In this document: positions 62,026-64,000 of the stretch, piece by piece | Layout of the letters: every line of letters starts with the position of its first letter | Position numbering within the stretch: the first letter of the stretch is position 1 | Assembly (NCBI GenBank): GCA_965178125.1 | Contig: OZ237741.1 | Span: 930,001-994,000 of the forward strand | Length of the DNA stretch: 64,000 nucleotides | DNA from: Bilabrum cf. latius | Taxonomy: Eukaryota | Reading direction: 5' to 3' | Made by a program: the position numbers and the translations under genes | Notes under the pieces: generated by a model | Database searches by the model: none | Seen by the model: only the letters and a program-made list of their open reading frames with translations | What the model was told of the DNA's origin: nothing

Positions 62026-64000
62026 ATGTGGAAATTTGTTGGTCTTATTATCTGGTAGCTTCACACATGCCCAGCAATAAGTGGCAGTGTTCAGCTGCTG
62101 GGACCATGGCAAGGGTCCATGGACGAGGCACTGCTGCGGCTCTGGGAGGCAACGCAGAAAGGGCAAGAGCTGCATGTGTGTGCTGTTCCACGGCATAGCG
62201 AACTTGGTTATTGTGGTGCGAGTTTGGCTGCCAAAACTGCGTGCTAGGCGTCAGACAATCAGTAGACCCTGGTTGCGTTAGGAAGTGCTCCTGCCAACGT
62301 CTCGATCATCGCAGCTCACTGGAATTCCAATGCGTTTGCATCGCAGCTCGATCCATTTGGTTTTCGTGATGTACCTGACAGGGTGGATACGTGCTGCAAG
62401 CTCCTTTAGTGGCATCACGGCCTCCGGTTTAGCGCCAGGAATCCCCCGGTGTGCAGCGCACAGGGTTGGTAGGGCATCAGTACGGCATTGAACCAGCTGC
62501 CCAGTCAAACCATCAGCCAGAAACGCTGGAATCGGGAAGATGTGGGCAGACGTCAGCCGTGGCAGCCGCGCCGGCTGCACCACTCTAGCTTCGATCGCCT
62601 GCCACGGCGCCGCGCCATGCAACACCGAAAGACCAGGGCACACGCTGAAGAAATTTTGGAGCTGTCTCGGGAGCATTTTGGCGTTAATGACGGCGAGTTT
62701 AGGCCCCGAAGCTCGCTACAACGAATCTTGCGCTGGTGCGCTTCTCATGGTCGACGAGGCGTGCATGTGTACAGCGACTCCGAGCGCCTTCGCGTTGGTC
62801 GCAAGCTGTGCGCGACCCGGAAGCTGGGCAACATGCACGGGGAGTCTTTAGGCAGCAAGCTAGCCAGGTAGGCTCTCCTCGTCCTCGGGAAGCAGCACCC
62901 AGAGCACCCCCTCTGTAGACAGAGGCAGTGCAGGCCACACAAGCCTGCGGCCTCATCGTCAGTGCAGCAGGAGGAGGAGCATAGACGGGCACACGCGCAG
63001 GTGTGGCACCGGGATGATTTTGATAGGGTCGGAGACGAGCACGAATGCTCGAGCTGGCACAGCGAGCCCCCTCTGTCATCAGCGCTGTCGCAGCTGCAGC
63101 GCGCATTGCGTGCAGCAGGGTTAGAGACCAACAACCCATCCTCTGCTTGCCTCTTCCTCCCACCGTTCGAGACCACACCATTAAGCACGGTGCTCCAGCC
63201 TATTCAGCTCAGTAACACGCGCGTAGCGTCTGCAGCAGGCCTGCACGGCGACTTCACCGCGCTCCGACTGTCTCAGTACCGTTCCAGCGATGCCGTGGTA
63301 GCCTGGCTTAGGAGCCTAAGGTACTGGGGCCACGCGGCAGAGAGACACATAGTCGCAGATCAGACAGACTCGTTCGTCCCGTGGCTGCATAGGGCGTTCA
63401 TGGATGCTGGCACTGCCCGCGACCCTGTTTGGAGGCTGCACCGAATCGCGCGGTTGGTGTGCAAACATGAAATTCCCTCGAGCGATGAGGGAGAGGCCGC
63501 TCCTGGAGCAGTTGATGTAGATCGTCGACACTCTGCAGACAGCACGGCGTAGCTTTGTTTATGGGCCGGTTTGGGTCACGAAGATGCGACCGAACGCTCC
63601 AGACCTGATGCCAGAGGCTCCGTGGATCCGCCTGCCTGGCTGTCGACTAGGCTGCCTCTGATCGGCAAGAGCAACAGCATACGCAGGTATGAGCGCACTA
63701 AGCACAGTATGGGCAGGATGCTTTTGGGACAGAGCACATTTTCGACGGCACTCCATCACACCACAACCTGTGCAAATCCGGCTGCAAGACACATCAACAG
63801 CATGCAAGCATCCATGCGTCCACTCCTTGCGTCGTTTAGGGGCAGCATTTGGGACAGGGCGCTTGGAAGGGATCCTGCCCAGACCCGCAGAAGGCTCATG
63901 AAATTGCATGATCCATTGGGAGCCCAAGGACGCACGATTATTGCAGAGTCATCGCTGCAGTGTGGAATCGATGAGGATGACGGGTCACCGCGTGGTGCAG
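62026..64000 (+). CDS. Exostosin-like GT47 glycosyltransferase; 3'-truncated by the window
   Basis: VHVYS, TNNPSSACLFLP, LRYWG...RH, RPLLASFRG, TRRRLMKLH in one frame through about 8 TAG. Confidence 0.75.

Noticed and set aside
1-64000. Mass pseudogenisation or sequencing error as the cause of fragmented ORFs
   Set aside because: Interruptions are almost exclusively TAG, preserve frame and fall in essential genes; decay would also produce TGA, TAA and many indels.
1-64000. TAG as pyrrolysine, Leu or Glu, or a prokaryotic/phage recoded genome
   Set aside because: Spliceosomal introns and actin show a eukaryote; repeat and motif contexts point to Gln.

Overview
Gene-dense, GC-rich eukaryotic nuclear DNA with about 26 protein-coding genes, short GT-AG introns and short, often head-to-head intergenic spacers. 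The actin sequence and Ala/Gly-rich low-complexity inserts suggest a heterotrophic protist, possibly a stramenopile; that is inference only. The main result is a non-standard nuclear genetic code: TAG is a sense codon read as glutamine, while TAA and TGA still terminate. By manual count, about 100 in-frame TAGs interrupt otherwise intact genes, which is why the supplied ORF track is fragmented. Affected genes include Der GTPase, a BRCA1-like RING/BRCT protein, a SET/PHD protein, GH5, a GNAT, SRP9, a CnoX-like thioredoxin and a GluR0-like channel. TAG alternates with CAG in an SQ repeat and sits at the Q of a GNAT Q-x-x-G-x-G motif. Gene models below use TAG=Gln, and * in peptide strings marks an in-frame TAG unless stated otherwise. 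No tRNA, rRNA, CRISPR array or transposon was recognised.
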